Assembly (NCBI GenBank): GCA_045643205.1
Contig: JAZUKI010000003.1
Location: forward strand, 128,001 to 192,000
Length of the DNA stretch: 64,000 nucleotides
Origin: Clostridia bacterium
GTDB taxonomy: Bacteria > Bacillota > Clostridia > TANB77 > CAG-508
Direction: 5' to 3'
The notes under the pieces were generated by a model. It was not told the DNA's origin, did not search any database, and saw only the letters and a program-made list of their open reading frames with translations. Positions 40,585 to 51,231 of the stretch are shown one piece after another. The translations under genes and the position numbers were made by a program. Position 1 is the first letter of the stretch. Each line of letters begins with the position of its first letter.

Positions 40585-42329
40585 TGGGCTTAATTAGAAA
40601 GCTAGCAAAGTCAGTTAGAGAGTTCAAAAAATATGCTATTCTTTCGCCTATAGCAATTGCAGGAGAGTCTTTATTAGAAACAGCAATACCATACATAATA
40701 GCTATATTACTTAAAGGTGTCGAAGGCGGCAACATGGAAACAGTATGGAAAATTGCTTTAGTATTATTAGGACTTGCATTCCTATCATTAGCGTGTGCAT
40801 CTGTAGCAAGTATATCAGCTGCCAAAGCTTCTGCAGGTTTTGCAAAAAACTTAAGAAAAGACTTATATTATAAAATTCAATCATTTTCATTTGCAAACAT
40901 TGATAAATTTTCAACAAGTAGTTTAATAACAAGATTAACTACAGACGTTACATATATTCAATCAGCATTCCAAATGATAATTAGAGGTGCAGTAAGAGCA
41001 CCATTTATGTTTATATCAGCTCTTATATTTGCATTACAAATCAATGCAAAATTAGCATTAATATTTGTAGTAGTATTACCACTATTAGTACTTGCATTAC
41101 TTATAATGGCTAAATTTGCACTTCCAATAATACAAAGAGTATTTAAAAGATATGACAAATTAAACAATGTTGTTGAAGAAAATGTTTCATCAATTAGAGT
41201 TGTAAAATCATTTGCTTCTGAAGATCAAGAAAAAAAGAAATTTGCAGATGCATCTCAAGCCATCTTCAAAGATTTTTCAAAAGTAGAAAAAATCACAGCA
41301 GGATTATCACCAATTATGCAATCAGCAATTTATATTACTATGATATTAATTTGTTGGTTTGGTGCAAACATAATTGTTCAAACAAATGCAACAGAATTAG
41401 ATGCAACTCAATTAATGACAATGCTTACATACTCAATTCAAATCTTAACAAGTTTAATGATGTTCTCATTAATGTTTGTTATGATTATCATGTCAGAAGC
41501 ATCAGCAAAGAGAGTTGTTGAAATTTTAGATGAACAACCAGACATTACAGTTCCAGAAAATCCAGTTAAAGAAGTTTTAGATGGATCAATTGATTTTGAA
41601 AACGTTTCATTCAGTTACGTTAAAGATAAGAACAAAGAATGTTTAAAAGATATCGATTTACACATTAAGTCAGGCGAAACAATTGGTATCATTGGCGGCA
41701 CAGGTACAGGAAAATCAACATTAGTAAACTTAATTTCAAGACTATATGATATTACAGAAGGAAGTTTAAAGGTTGGTGGAGTAGAAGTTAAAAATTACAA
41801 CATAAAAGCATTAAGAGATGCTGTTTCAGTTGTTCTTCAAAAGAATGTTTTATTCACAGGAACAATCACTGAAAATATTAAATGGGGAGATAAAGATGCA
41901 ACTCAAGAAGAAGTTGAAAGAGTCTGTAAATTAGCTCAGGCTGATAGTTTCATCCAAAAATTCCCTGATCAATACAACACATTAATTGAAGAAGGCGGAA
42001 GCAATGTTAGTGGTGGTCAAAAGCAAAGACTATGTATTGCAAGAGCACTTTTAAAGAAACCTAAGATTCTTATTTTAGATGATTCAACAAGTGCAGTTGA
42101 TACAAAAACTGATAGATTGATTCAAGACGCTTTAAAAAATGAAATACCAGAAACAACAAAAATTATTATCGCTCAAAGAATTTCATCAGTTGAAGATTGC
42201 GACAGAATTATCGTAATGGATGATGGAAAAATTGACGGAATTGGTACTCACGACGAGCTTGTTAAGAACAACAAGATTTATCGTGAAGTATATGAATCTC
42301 AAATGAAGGGAAGTGATATCGATGAGTAA
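40584..42329 (+). CDS. heterodimeric ABC exporter subunit (degenerate ATPase site)
   Basis: TMD+NBD; GGTGTGKST, SGGQKQR, LDDSTS and IAQR non-canonical residues. Confidence 0.92.
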   Translation: MGLIRKLAKSVREFKKYAILSPIAIAGESLLETAIPYIIAILLKGVEGGNMETVWKIALVLLGLAFLSLACASVASISAAKASAGFAKNLRKDLYYKIQSFSFANIDKFSTSSLITRLTTDVTYIQSAFQMIIRGAVRAPFMFISALIFALQINAKLALIFVVVLPLLVLALLIMAKFALPIIQRVFKRYDKLNNVVEENVSSIRVVKSFASEDQEKKKFADASQAIFKDFSKVEKITAGLSPIMQSAIYITMILICWFGANIIVQTNATELDATQLMTMLTYSIQILTSLMMFSLMFVMIIMSEASAKRVVEILDEQPDITVPENPVKEVLDGSIDFENVSFSYVKDKNKECLKDIDLHIKSGETIGIIGGTGTGKSTLVNLISRLYDITEGSLKVGGVEVKNYNIKALRDAVSVVLQKNVLFTGTITENIKWGDKDATQEEVERVCKLAQADSFIQKFPDQYNTLIEEGGSNVSGGQKQRLCIARALLKKPKILILDDSTSAVDTKTDRLIQDALKNEIPETTKIIIAQRISSVEDCDRIIVMDDGKIDGIGTHDELVKNNKIYREVYESQMKGSDIDE

Positions 42330-44229
42330 GAAACAAAACCCTTCAAACAAAGCAGGAAATCCAATGCAAGGTTCAATGAAAAAAGGAACTTTAAGTAGAC
42401 TAATAAAAATAATTTGGAAAGATTACAAAGTAAGATTAATAATTGTAATCGCATGTTTAATTATAAACAGTATAACAATGGCACTATTAACAACAGCATT
42501 AAAACCATTAATCGATGATTGTATCACACCATTTATAGGACAACAAAGTCCTGATTATGCAAAATTAGTTCAGTACATATTATATATAGGTGCAGTAGGA
42601 CTAGCAGGAATTATCGCATCATTCGTTTCAAACATAGTGTTAGTAACAGTTTCACAAGGTACACAAAGAAAAATAAGAAATACATTATTCAACAAAATGC
42701 AATCATTCCCAATTAAATTCTTCGACACACACAAACACGGAGACATCATGTCAGTTTATACAAACGACGTAGATACATTAGAAGAAATGATCGGAAGAAG
42801 TTTACCAGAAGCATTAACATCAATAATAAAAATAATTTCATATTTAATATCAATGATTTCATTAAGTCCACTATTAACATTATTTGTTGTAATATTCTCA
42901 ATACTAACAATATTAGTAACAAAAGGATTTGCACAACGTTCAGGAAAATATTTTGTTGGACAACAAAAATCAATCGGTAAAGTTAACGGATTCATTGAAG
43001 AAATGCTAAACGGCCAAAAGGTAGTAAAAGTTTTCACACACGAAGAAATTGCAAAGCAAGAATTCGACAAAGTTAATGAAGAATTATTCGAAAACATGAA
43101 TCAAGCAAACAAATATGCAAACTTAATGATGCCAGTTGCACACAACTTAGGAAATATACAATATGTAGCAATTGCAGCATTAGGAACATTATTAGCATTA
43201 GCAGGTCAACTTCCATTAACATTAGGAACATTAATTGCATTCCTTCAATTATCAAGACAATTCACACAACCAATTGACCAATCAATGATGCAAATCAACT
43301 CAATCATCCGTGCAATGGCCGGAACATCAAGAGTTTTCGAGATGATGGACATTGAAGAAGAACAAGACAACGGATATGTTACATTAGTAAATGTAAAAGA
43401 AGATAAAAACGGCAACCTAATAGAATGTGATAAAAAGACAGGAAGATGGGCATGGAAACATCCTCATCATGATGGAACAACAGAACTCATAGAGCTAAAA
43501 GGAAGAATAGATATAGAAGATATCAACTTCAGTTACGATGGTGAAAAAGAAGTTCTACATCACATTTCATTATACGCAAAGCCAGGACAAAAGATTGCAT
43601 TCGTTGGTGCAACAGGTGCTGGAAAAACAACAATCACAAACTTAATCAACAGATTTTACGAAGTAGATGAAGGAAAGATTAGATATGATGGAATTAACAT
43701 CACAAAAATAAAGAAAGCCGACCTAAGAAAATCATTAGGAATGGTTCTACAAGATGTTAATTTATTCACAGGAACAATCAAAGAAAATATTAAGTATGGT
43801 CGTCCAGATGCAACAGACGAAGAAGTTATCGAAGCGGCTAAATTAGCAAATGCCGATGGTTTCATCAGACACTTGCCAGAAGGTTACGACACAATGCTTA
43901 CAGAAAACGGTTCACAATTATCACAAGGCCAAAGACAATTGCTATCAATTGCAAGAGCTGCAATCGCAAATCCACCAGTAATGATTTTAGACGAAGCAAC
44001 ATCAAGCATTGACACAAGAACAGAAAAGATCATTCAAGACGGTATGGACAAATTAATGGAAGGTAGAACAGTACTAGTAATTGCACATAGACTTTCAACA
44101 GTTAAAAATGCAAAAGCCATAATGGTTATGTCTAACGGCGAAATAATTGAAAGAGGCGACCACGAGCAATTAATAGCTCAAAGAGGCGAGTACTATCAAT
44201 TATATACAGGAAACCTAGAACTTGAATAA
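42322..44229 (+). CDS. heterodimeric ABC exporter subunit (consensus ATPase site)
   Basis: TMD+NBD; GATGAGKTT, LSQGQ, LDEATS, IAHR. Confidence 0.92.
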   Translation: MSKKQNPSNKAGNPMQGSMKKGTLSRLIKIIWKDYKVRLIIVIACLIINSITMALLTTALKPLIDDCITPFIGQQSPDYAKLVQYILYIGAVGLAGIIASFVSNIVLVTVSQGTQRKIRNTLFNKMQSFPIKFFDTHKHGDIMSVYTNDVDTLEEMIGRSLPEALTSIIKIISYLISMISLSPLLTLFVVIFSILTILVTKGFAQRSGKYFVGQQKSIGKVNGFIEEMLNGQKVVKVFTHEEIAKQEFDKVNEELFENMNQANKYANLMMPVAHNLGNIQYVAIAALGTLLALAGQLPLTLGTLIAFLQLSRQFTQPIDQSMMQINSIIRAMAGTSRVFEMMDIEEEQDNGYVTLVNVKEDKNGNLIECDKKTGRWAWKHPHHDGTTELIELKGRIDIEDINFSYDGEKEVLHHISLYAKPGQKIAFVGATGAGKTTITNLINRFYEVDEGKIRYDGINITKIKKADLRKSLGMVLQDVNLFTGTIKENIKYGRPDATDEEVIEAAKLANADGFIRHLPEGYDTMLTENGSQLSQGQRQLLSIARAAIANPPVMILDEATSSIDTRTEKIIQDGMDKLMEGRTVLVIAHRLSTVKNAKAIMVMSNGEIIERGDHEQLIAQRGEYYQLYTGNLELE

Positions 44230-44233
44230 AAAC

Positions 44234-44263
44234 AATGGGGAGAAGAAATTCTCCTCATTTTTT
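44234..44263 (+). terminator. intrinsic terminator
   Basis: ATGGGGAGAA/TTCTCCTCAT stem with T run. Confidence 0.7.
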
Positions 44264-44438
44264 ATGTGGATTTTGTGGAACAAGTCAACACAAAGCCTAA
44301 TTTTTTGTGAAATTAGAACTATTACAAAGATTACAAAACTATAAAATCGATACCCAAAATATTGAAAAATATATGTATTTTATGATAATATAAACATTGT
44401 AAATAAAATAATCAATATTTAAGAAAGAGGTGTTAATT

Positions 44439-45650
44439 ATGGGATTATTACAAGCATTTACAGGAGCAATTGGTGGAACATTTGCTGATCAATGGAAAGA
44501 TTATTTAGTTCCAGAAGCAGGTATTCCAGGAACAGCAGGTATTTTCCACGCTGTTAAGGTTGGAACAAATAATGGAAGAGGATCAAATACAAAAGGATCT
44601 GAATGCATTATTTCAGATGGAAGTAAAATCGTAGTTCCAGAAGGAACAGCACTTATCACAATGCAAGATGGTGCAATCACTGGAGTTATTACACAACCAG
44701 GTGGATATATTTGGGCATCAAATGATCCAAACGCAAAATCAATTTTTGCAGGAGATGGAATCATTGATTCATTAGTAAAACAATCTTGGGAAAGATTTAA
44801 ATTTGGTGGAATGCCAGGTTCTCAACAAGTTGCTTTATATGTAAACTTAAAAGAAATACCAAACAATAGATTCGGTACACAATCTGAAATTTATTGGGAT
44901 GATGCATATTTAAATGCACAAGTAGGAGCAGTTACAAGAGGAACATATACTCTTCAAATCTGTGACCCAATTCTATTCATCAAGAACTTTGTACCACAAC
45001 AATACTTATTACCAGACGGACCAGTATTTGACTTTGCAGATATGGACAACGATGCTGGAGCACAATTATTCAATGAAGTAGTTGGAAGCTTATCAGCAGG
45101 TTTCTCAAACTATACAAACGATCCAAGCAAAGGAAATAGAATCACAAAGATTCAAGGTGATCAAATTGGATTCGCACAAAGCTTATCACAAGCTGTAGAA
45201 GACGGATATCAATGGAAAACAAATCGTGGATTACAAATTATCAAAGTTGCAATCCAAGCTATCGAATACGACGCAGATACTAAAGCATTATTATCTGATG
45301 TTAAGAAAGCTGACGCATTATCTGGAGCTAGAGGAAATTCATTCATGCAACAAGCTGCTGCAAGAGGAATTCAAGGCGCTGGAGAAAACGGACAAGGTGG
45401 AATGGGAATGGCATTCATGGGAATGGGTGCAAATGCTGCAGGCTCAATGATGAGTGGTTTACAACAACAACCTGGAGTTCAAACAAACAACTTATTCCAA
45501 CAACCAGCACAACAAGCTGCACCAGTAGAACCAGCTGCACCAGCTGAAGATCCATTAGAGAAAATTGGCAAACTTAAACAACTATTAGATATGGGTGCTA
45601 TTACTCAAGAAGAATTTGATGCACAAAAAGCTAAATTATTAGGATTATAA
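44439..45650 (+). CDS. SPFH-domain protein with C-terminal SHOCT (YdjI-like)
   Basis: ADQWK, IISDGSKIVV, WERFKFGG; LKQLLDMGAITQEEFDAQKAKLL SHOCT; ATG after GAGGTG. Confidence 0.8.
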   Translation: MGLLQAFTGAIGGTFADQWKDYLVPEAGIPGTAGIFHAVKVGTNNGRGSNTKGSECIISDGSKIVVPEGTALITMQDGAITGVITQPGGYIWASNDPNAKSIFAGDGIIDSLVKQSWERFKFGGMPGSQQVALYVNLKEIPNNRFGTQSEIYWDDAYLNAQVGAVTRGTYTLQICDPILFIKNFVPQQYLLPDGPVFDFADMDNDAGAQLFNEVVGSLSAGFSNYTNDPSKGNRITKIQGDQIGFAQSLSQAVEDGYQWKTNRGLQIIKVAIQAIEYDADTKALLSDVKKADALSGARGNSFMQQAAARGIQGAGENGQGGMGMAFMGMGANAAGSMMSGLQQQPGVQTNNLFQQPAQQAAPVEPAAPAEDPLEKIGKLKQLLDMGAITQEEFDAQKAKLLGL

Positions 45651-45748
45651 TTTAATTTTATAAATCAAGATTAGACTTAAGAGTAATCCGCTAAGGATAA
45701 AATTAAGTCTAATTTATTGTAAAAAATAAAAAACGAAAGGAAAAAACT

Positions 45749-47320
45749 ATGGCAGACAATATACAAGGTCAACCAGTTCAAGGTCAACCAGTTCAAAATC
45801 AACCAGTTCAAAATCAACCAATTCAAGGTCAACCTATCCAAAGTCAACCAATCCAACCATCATTCGATAATTCAGTTACAACAAAAGAAGATGGACAAAC
45901 AAAATGTCCTCAATGTGGATCAACTGATATTTCAGTTAACGCAAAAAAAGGTGTTTTAAGATGTAACTATTGTAGACATGAGTTTCAACCAGAAGTAGCT
46001 GCTGGAATGAATGGAGATATTACAAAATTACAAGGAATCTGGGTTGGAAAAGGCGCATGTGATATTAAAAAAGGTGAACAATCAAAAGAAATGTTAACAT
46101 TAAAATGTACAAGCTGTGGAGCAGAAGTTGTTATCGATACAAAAGAATCAACACAAGCAAGATGCCACTGGTGCAGAAACATGTTATCAATTCAAAACCA
46201 AATTCCAAATGGCGCAGTACCAGACGCTGTTTTGCCATTTAAACTTACAAAGCAACAAGCTCAACAAAAAATTGAAGAATTTGTTGGAAAGAGAAAATTC
46301 TTTGCACATCCTAAATTCAAGGAAGAATTCACAACAGAAAATATTATGGGTGTTTACATGCCTTACATGAGCATTAACGCAAATACACACGTAAGACTTG
46401 AAGGTTTAGGAGAAATAAAAACAAGACAATACACAGTTAAAAGAGGAGATTCATATCATACTTATTATGATGCAGATGAATATCGTGTTGGAAGAGAATA
46501 CGACGCTGCAATCAAAGGTTTGACAATCGAATCAAACTCACAAAGAATGTCAAATGACAAAGGCGAAACAAACAACATCATCAATGCAATCATGCCATTT
46601 GATATGGAGAACTGCGTAACATGGGACGCAAACTATTTACATGGATATACATCAGAAAGACGTGATACAAACGTTAATCAACTTAAAGAATATGGCGATG
46701 AAAAAATTAGAGGTGTTGCTAGATATACAATAAATGACACATTAGCAAAATATGATAGAGGTGTTTCTTGGAAGAGCCAAAACATTGATATTATTGGAGA
46801 ACAATGGAGTGCAGTATATCTACCAGTATGGTTATATAGTTACTATGAGAACAAAGGAAATGGTCAAGGAACAAAGCACTACGTTGCAGTAAACGCACGT
46901 ACACAAGAAACAATGGGATCAGTTCCAGTTTATATGCCATTATTATTAGGAATCTCAGCAATTATTGAGATTATAGGTATCATTCTATTCGCTATATTAT
47001 TAGGAGTAAAGAACGGATACAAATTCAGCTGGTTATTCTTATTACCAGGAATTATTTATGGACTATCTATCTATGGAAAATACAGAAACAAGAATGCAAA
47101 ACACGTTTATGAATTAGAAACATTACAACAAAAGAATAACATTAAAGGATACGATACATTTAATAGACATCGCAAAGGCCTAAGCAATTCAATGATAGAA
47201 GGTTATAACAACAAAGCAATAAGCACATCAACATCAGAAAAAGTATTAAACTCAGTAACTGGAGGAAATGTACTAGGAACAGTTGCAAACATTGGATTAA
47301 ACAATATATTACATAGATAA
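45749..47320 (+). CDS. zinc-ribbon membrane protein (YdjG-like)
   Basis: Four CxxC pairs, PDAVLPFK, GVYMPY, YLPVW, VNARTQE motifs; two C-terminal TM helices. Confidence 0.75.
   Translation: MADNIQGQPVQGQPVQNQPVQNQPIQGQPIQSQPIQPSFDNSVTTKEDGQTKCPQCGSTDISVNAKKGVLRCNYCRHEFQPEVAAGMNGDITKLQGIWVGKGACDIKKGEQSKEMLTLKCTSCGAEVVIDTKESTQARCHWCRNMLSIQNQIPNGAVPDAVLPFKLTKQQAQQKIEEFVGKRKFFAHPKFKEEFTTENIMGVYMPYMSINANTHVRLEGLGEIKTRQYTVKRGDSYHTYYDADEYRVGREYDAAIKGLTIESNSQRMSNDKGETNNIINAIMPFDMENCVTWDANYLHGYTSERRDTNVNQLKEYGDEKIRGVARYTINDTLAKYDRGVSWKSQNIDIIGEQWSAVYLPVWLYSYYENKGNGQGTKHYVAVNARTQETMGSVPVYMPLLLGISAIIEIIGIILFAILLGVKNGYKFSWLFLLPGIIYGLSIYGKYRNKNAKHVYELETLQQKNNIKGYDTFNRHRKGLSNSMIEGYNNKAISTSTSEKVLNSVTGGNVLGTVANIGLNNILHR
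45764..45853 (+). repeat. six 15-bp tandem coding repeats (Q-G/N/S-Q-P-V/I)
   Basis: CAAGGTCAACCAGTT and variants in tandem. Confidence 0.85.
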
Positions 47321-47388
47321 ACTATAATAAATAATAAAATAAAAGAAATAAAAATAAAAATAATCTAAAATAAATATAGAGATAAAAC

Positions 47389-47420
47389 AAAAGGTGAGTA
47401 TTGGAATACTCACCTTTTTT
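47389..47420. terminator. bidirectional intrinsic terminator
   Basis: AAAAGGTGAGTATT/AATACTCACCTTTT stem. Confidence 0.85.
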
Positions 47421-47454
47421 ATATTTATAAACTTTCAGCTAAACCAGCTAACAT

Positions 47455-48174
47455 TTATTCATTCGAACTCTTATTTGAATTTTCGTTTGAAGCCTCGTTT
47501 GCAGTTTCATTTGAATTTTCTTCAACAACCTCATTTACAACTTCATTAGAAACCTCATTAGTTGTATTAGTTGTATTTTTCAAAGAAAGAATATGATTAA
47601 CAATTTCATTTTGATCATCACTTTGCAAATAAGAATAGTGAGATTGGATTTGATTCTCAAAAGTTTTATCATCAGTACCAAAGAAGCCTTCTTTTTTAGC
47701 TTTATCATACAATTCGCCAGGCAATAATTCTTTAGTATCAGAATCTGTAATAGCTTCAGTAGAATCTACAACAGAACCATTCTCAAAAGAAACCATAAAA
47801 GCATCTGAAAAACTTGAACTTGAATTTAACTTGAAATCGTTTACATAAAAGCTTTGAACTGTAGCCCAAAGATAAACATTATAATAGTCGCCTTTCTTGT
47901 ATATCCCTAAGGGTCTGAAGTTTGAAAAGACTTTAAAATCAACTAAATTTTTGCTTTCCTCAGGAGTAATATCTTTAGCATTAAAAGACATAGGAGTAAC
48001 TTTAGATAAAATATATTTTTCAGCTTTTGCATAAAGTTCATCATCGTCATCAACCTTAGAACCTTTGCCATTAGCTAGATTGTAGAAAATTAACCCTAAA
48101 ACAGCACAAACAATAAGAACAATTATTGCAAGTTTGTAATGATCAAAAAACTTAATAAGACCAGATTTTTTCAT
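47455..48174 (-). CDS. hypothetical membrane-anchored protein
   Basis: AAGGAG RBS, N-terminal TM helix, N/E-rich tail. Confidence 0.75.
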   Translation of the reverse strand: MKKSGLIKFFDHYKLAIIVLIVCAVLGLIFYNLANGKGSKVDDDDELYAKAEKYILSKVTPMSFNAKDITPEESKNLVDFKVFSNFRPLGIYKKGDYYNVYLWATVQSFYVNDFKLNSSSSFSDAFMVSFENGSVVDSTEAITDSDTKELLPGELYDKAKKEGFFGTDDKTFENQIQSHYSYLQSDDQNEIVNHILSLKNTTNTTNEVSNEVVNEVVEENSNETANEASNENSNKSSNE

Positions 48175-48208
48175 AAAATACTCCTTGAAAAATCAATTTT
48201 TTACAAAA

Positions 48209-48274
48209 AACACTAGATTTTTATAAAACCAACATTAGATTTTCACAAAATCAACACTGCATTTTTGCAAAAAT
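48209..48274. repeat. three imperfect 22-bp direct repeats
   Basis: AACACTAGATTTTTATAAAACC / AACATTAGATTTTCACAAAATC / AACACTGCATTTTTGCAAAAAT. Confidence 0.6.
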
Positions 48275-48413
48275 TTTATTGAAACAAGTATAACATTAAA
48301 TATAATATAAATGCAATAAAATAAAATTTCCGTAACATTTTATTGATTTTCTTAATCATTATTTATATAATAAAAATCGATAAAATAAAAAATAAAAAAG
48401 GGGTTTTAAGAAG

Positions 48414-49667
48414 ATGCGAACAAAATCTAATAAACCTACTAAAAGAGAACTTCAAAAGATACAAAAAGAGGCAGAAGAGAAGCTTTTAGCAGAACTTAAA
48501 ATTGAATATAATAAGTCATATGATAGCATTCTAGAAGAACTTAAGACTCAAAAATCTGGCATGGATACAGCCTATCGTGCGATAGTTACAAAAGAAAGAT
48601 ATTTTGCTACGGATGCGAGCAGTTTAGGAGTTAAATTTGATGCAGATTTAACTGAAGAGTCAATTGAAGGTAAAGTTTTAAATATATATGATAAATATGA
48701 TGCATTGTTAGAGCAAATGTATGATGAAAAAATATCTGAAGGTGCTGAACTTAGTGAATATCAAAGCAACATGAACCAATTTGACAGATATAAGATTCCA
48801 GCAAAAATTTTAAAATTAGCTAACAGATGCACAGAATTATTAGTTGAAAACTTACAAAATCAATGCGAAGAAGAAATTAAGAAGCAAATATATTATAAAG
48901 CAGAAACAATCATGAAAGCAGGCAGAATCGAGCAATACGAGAAAGCTGCAAAATACTATGGCGGACAAAAAGGAAGTATTCTTAAAGCAATAAATGGAAC
49001 AACTTCATACAATGAAGCTTTAAGAAACAAATACATCATAATGAAAGCAAGAGAAGAACTTCCAGTAAGCGAACCAAGCAAAGATGAATATGATGAACAT
49101 GCTATATTAGCTTCAGTAAGCATATATGCAAACAGCGTAAAAGACTTAGATTCTGAATTACAAGAAATAGTAAACAAGATTTATGCTACATACAAAATAG
49201 ATCAAGACAGAGTAAAATCTTTCATAAATCTAAAATGCAAACAAGATGCAGAAGCACTAAAAACTCAAAGCTTAATGCCTGCAGAAGAAAAAGGAGCATT
49301 CTGGAGAAAAAGAGTAGCAAAAATAATGAGAGCAGACAACGAAAGAGCAGTAGAAGAACTATCAAAAGTAAAAGAATCATTAGTAGAATTCAAACAAACA
49401 TATCACGAAAATGCATTAGAAAAATATTTTAACTTATTAGGATATATGGATGCATCAATTGAATATATTTTAAACACAACAGATAAAAAACAAAGAGCAG
49501 TAGATAGACAAAAAATTGAAAGCGTTTTCAAAAATTTAGCTAGCAAAACTGTTAAAAAAATTGAAAATTCAGAAATTTCACAAGAAGTAGATGATTCAGT
49601 AATCGAACCATCAATTCAAAATTCAGATGTACAAATCTCTGAAGATATGGCATTAGACACATTATAA
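48414..49667 (+). CDS. hypothetical helical/coiled-coil protein
   Basis: 417-aa ORF, E/K-rich, no family recognised. Confidence 0.8.
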   Translation: MRTKSNKPTKRELQKIQKEAEEKLLAELKIEYNKSYDSILEELKTQKSGMDTAYRAIVTKERYFATDASSLGVKFDADLTEESIEGKVLNIYDKYDALLEQMYDEKISEGAELSEYQSNMNQFDRYKIPAKILKLANRCTELLVENLQNQCEEEIKKQIYYKAETIMKAGRIEQYEKAAKYYGGQKGSILKAINGTTSYNEALRNKYIIMKAREELPVSEPSKDEYDEHAILASVSIYANSVKDLDSELQEIVNKIYATYKIDQDRVKSFINLKCKQDAEALKTQSLMPAEEKGAFWRKRVAKIMRADNERAVEELSKVKESLVEFKQTYHENALEKYFNLLGYMDASIEYILNTTDKKQRAVDRQKIESVFKNLASKTVKKIENSEISQEVDDSVIEPSIQNSDVQISEDMALDTL

Positions 49668-49691
49668 GTTATTCTTATTTGTTATAAAACA

Positions 49692-49728
49692 GACCTAGAG
49701 AATCCATCTTCTCTAGGTCACTTTTTTT
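49692..49728 (+). terminator. intrinsic terminator
   Basis: GACCTAGAGA/TCTCTAGGTC stem with T7. Confidence 0.75.
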
Positions 49729-49739
49729 AAGGAGTATAC

Positions 49740-51173
49740 ATGGAAACACAAAAAACTAATTGGATTGAAAAACTTTTATGTTTAATCATAATACTATGTC
49801 CAATTCTAGATTGTGCAAGTTTCATTTTTAGAAACTTTTTTCAAACAACAATCTCAGTTTCAACAATAATAAGACCAATAATTCCACTTTGCTTATTACT
49901 ATACATTTTTATCAAAGGAAACAAAAAAGAAAAAATAATACTAGCACTAATTGCTTTAGCATACATAGGCTACGCAGTTGTGCATTTATTAATATACAAT
50001 AGTTTTCACACAGGTTGTTCATTTGGCGACATCAAACTTGAAATGCAATATGTTTTCAATTTCTCATTCATAATGATTTACTTCATCGTATTTGCATTCT
50101 TGTTTTTGAAAAAAGATTTAGCAACAGACAAGCTCTACAACTCAATTACAATCATGGCAACAATCTATATTGTATCAATTGTTCTTGCAATCATAATGGG
50201 ACAATCATCACACACATATATAGAAACATCAACAGGCTACAAAGGTTGGATAGAATCAGGCAACAGTCTAAGTGCAATTTTAATCACTTCACTATTTATG
50301 ATGTTACAACGTGCACGAGAAAACAAAATCACAATAGTTGTTATCTTAGCAGTAGGAACATATTTAATAACAACTATCGGAACAAGAACAGGACTATTAG
50401 GAACTTTTATTGCAGTAGGCTTATACATATTACTTGAAATGTTCTTCAGCAGAAACAAAAAAATAATCATCTCAGGACTAACATTAATGTGTGTTGCAAT
50501 TTTAGTAGTTGTTTTTGCAGGATCAAAAACAATTCAAAGAAGACAACAAATGGCAGAATCGCAATACACAATAATTGATGAAGCAACAGGCGAAGTAGGA
50601 AACATGACAGGAGACATGTTAAGAATCAAAAATAAAATTCTTAATAACGAACTTGAAGAAGACTTTATGTCAGAAGCACAAAAGCAGTCAGTACTTGACC
50701 TACACGAATACACTAAATCAATAAAATTAGCAGGAAATGATACACGAACACAACAATTAATGTACAACATTTACTTAATGAAAAATCAACATAGTTTTAC
50801 AGGAATAGTATTTGGAAACGGATACAACAACAACGTTAGAGAAATGAGAATGGAAAACGAATTAGCATCATTGTTCTTAAACTTTGGATTATGTGGATTC
50901 ATACTATATGCAGGACCATTATTAGCAGTTCTTGTTTATGCAATTATTTTTGGAATAAAACGAAGAAAAGAAATTTCATTAAACTATGTAATGAATGTTT
51001 GTGCATTAATTTTAGCAATCAGTTTATCATGGTTATCAGGCTATGTACTATTTGCAACATCAAGCATGACAGTCATAGTTGTAGTTGCAACATTGTTATT
51101 GAAAGAAATAAAAAGAATTAAAGATAATGAAAATAAAGACAAGAAAATTAAAGACAATAAAAGCCTAGATTAG
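49740..51173 (+). CDS. O-antigen ligase/polymerase-like membrane protein
   Basis: Many TM helices; GYKGW..SGN, GTRTG, FGNG, MENE..NFGLCG motifs. Confidence 0.75.
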   Translation: METQKTNWIEKLLCLIIILCPILDCASFIFRNFFQTTISVSTIIRPIIPLCLLLYIFIKGNKKEKIILALIALAYIGYAVVHLLIYNSFHTGCSFGDIKLEMQYVFNFSFIMIYFIVFAFLFLKKDLATDKLYNSITIMATIYIVSIVLAIIMGQSSHTYIETSTGYKGWIESGNSLSAILITSLFMMLQRARENKITIVVILAVGTYLITTIGTRTGLLGTFIAVGLYILLEMFFSRNKKIIISGLTLMCVAILVVVFAGSKTIQRRQQMAESQYTIIDEATGEVGNMTGDMLRIKNKILNNELEEDFMSEAQKQSVLDLHEYTKSIKLAGNDTRTQQLMYNIYLMKNQHSFTGIVFGNGYNNNVREMRMENELASLFLNFGLCGFILYAGPLLAVLVYAIIFGIKRRKEISLNYVMNVCALILAISLSWLSGYVLFATSSMTVIVVVATLLLKEIKRIKDNENKDKKIKDNKSLD

Positions 51174-51231
51174 GTAGCACATCAAATTTAACTATTCATA
51201 AGATATAATTTATTAAAAGGAATGTGGTTAT

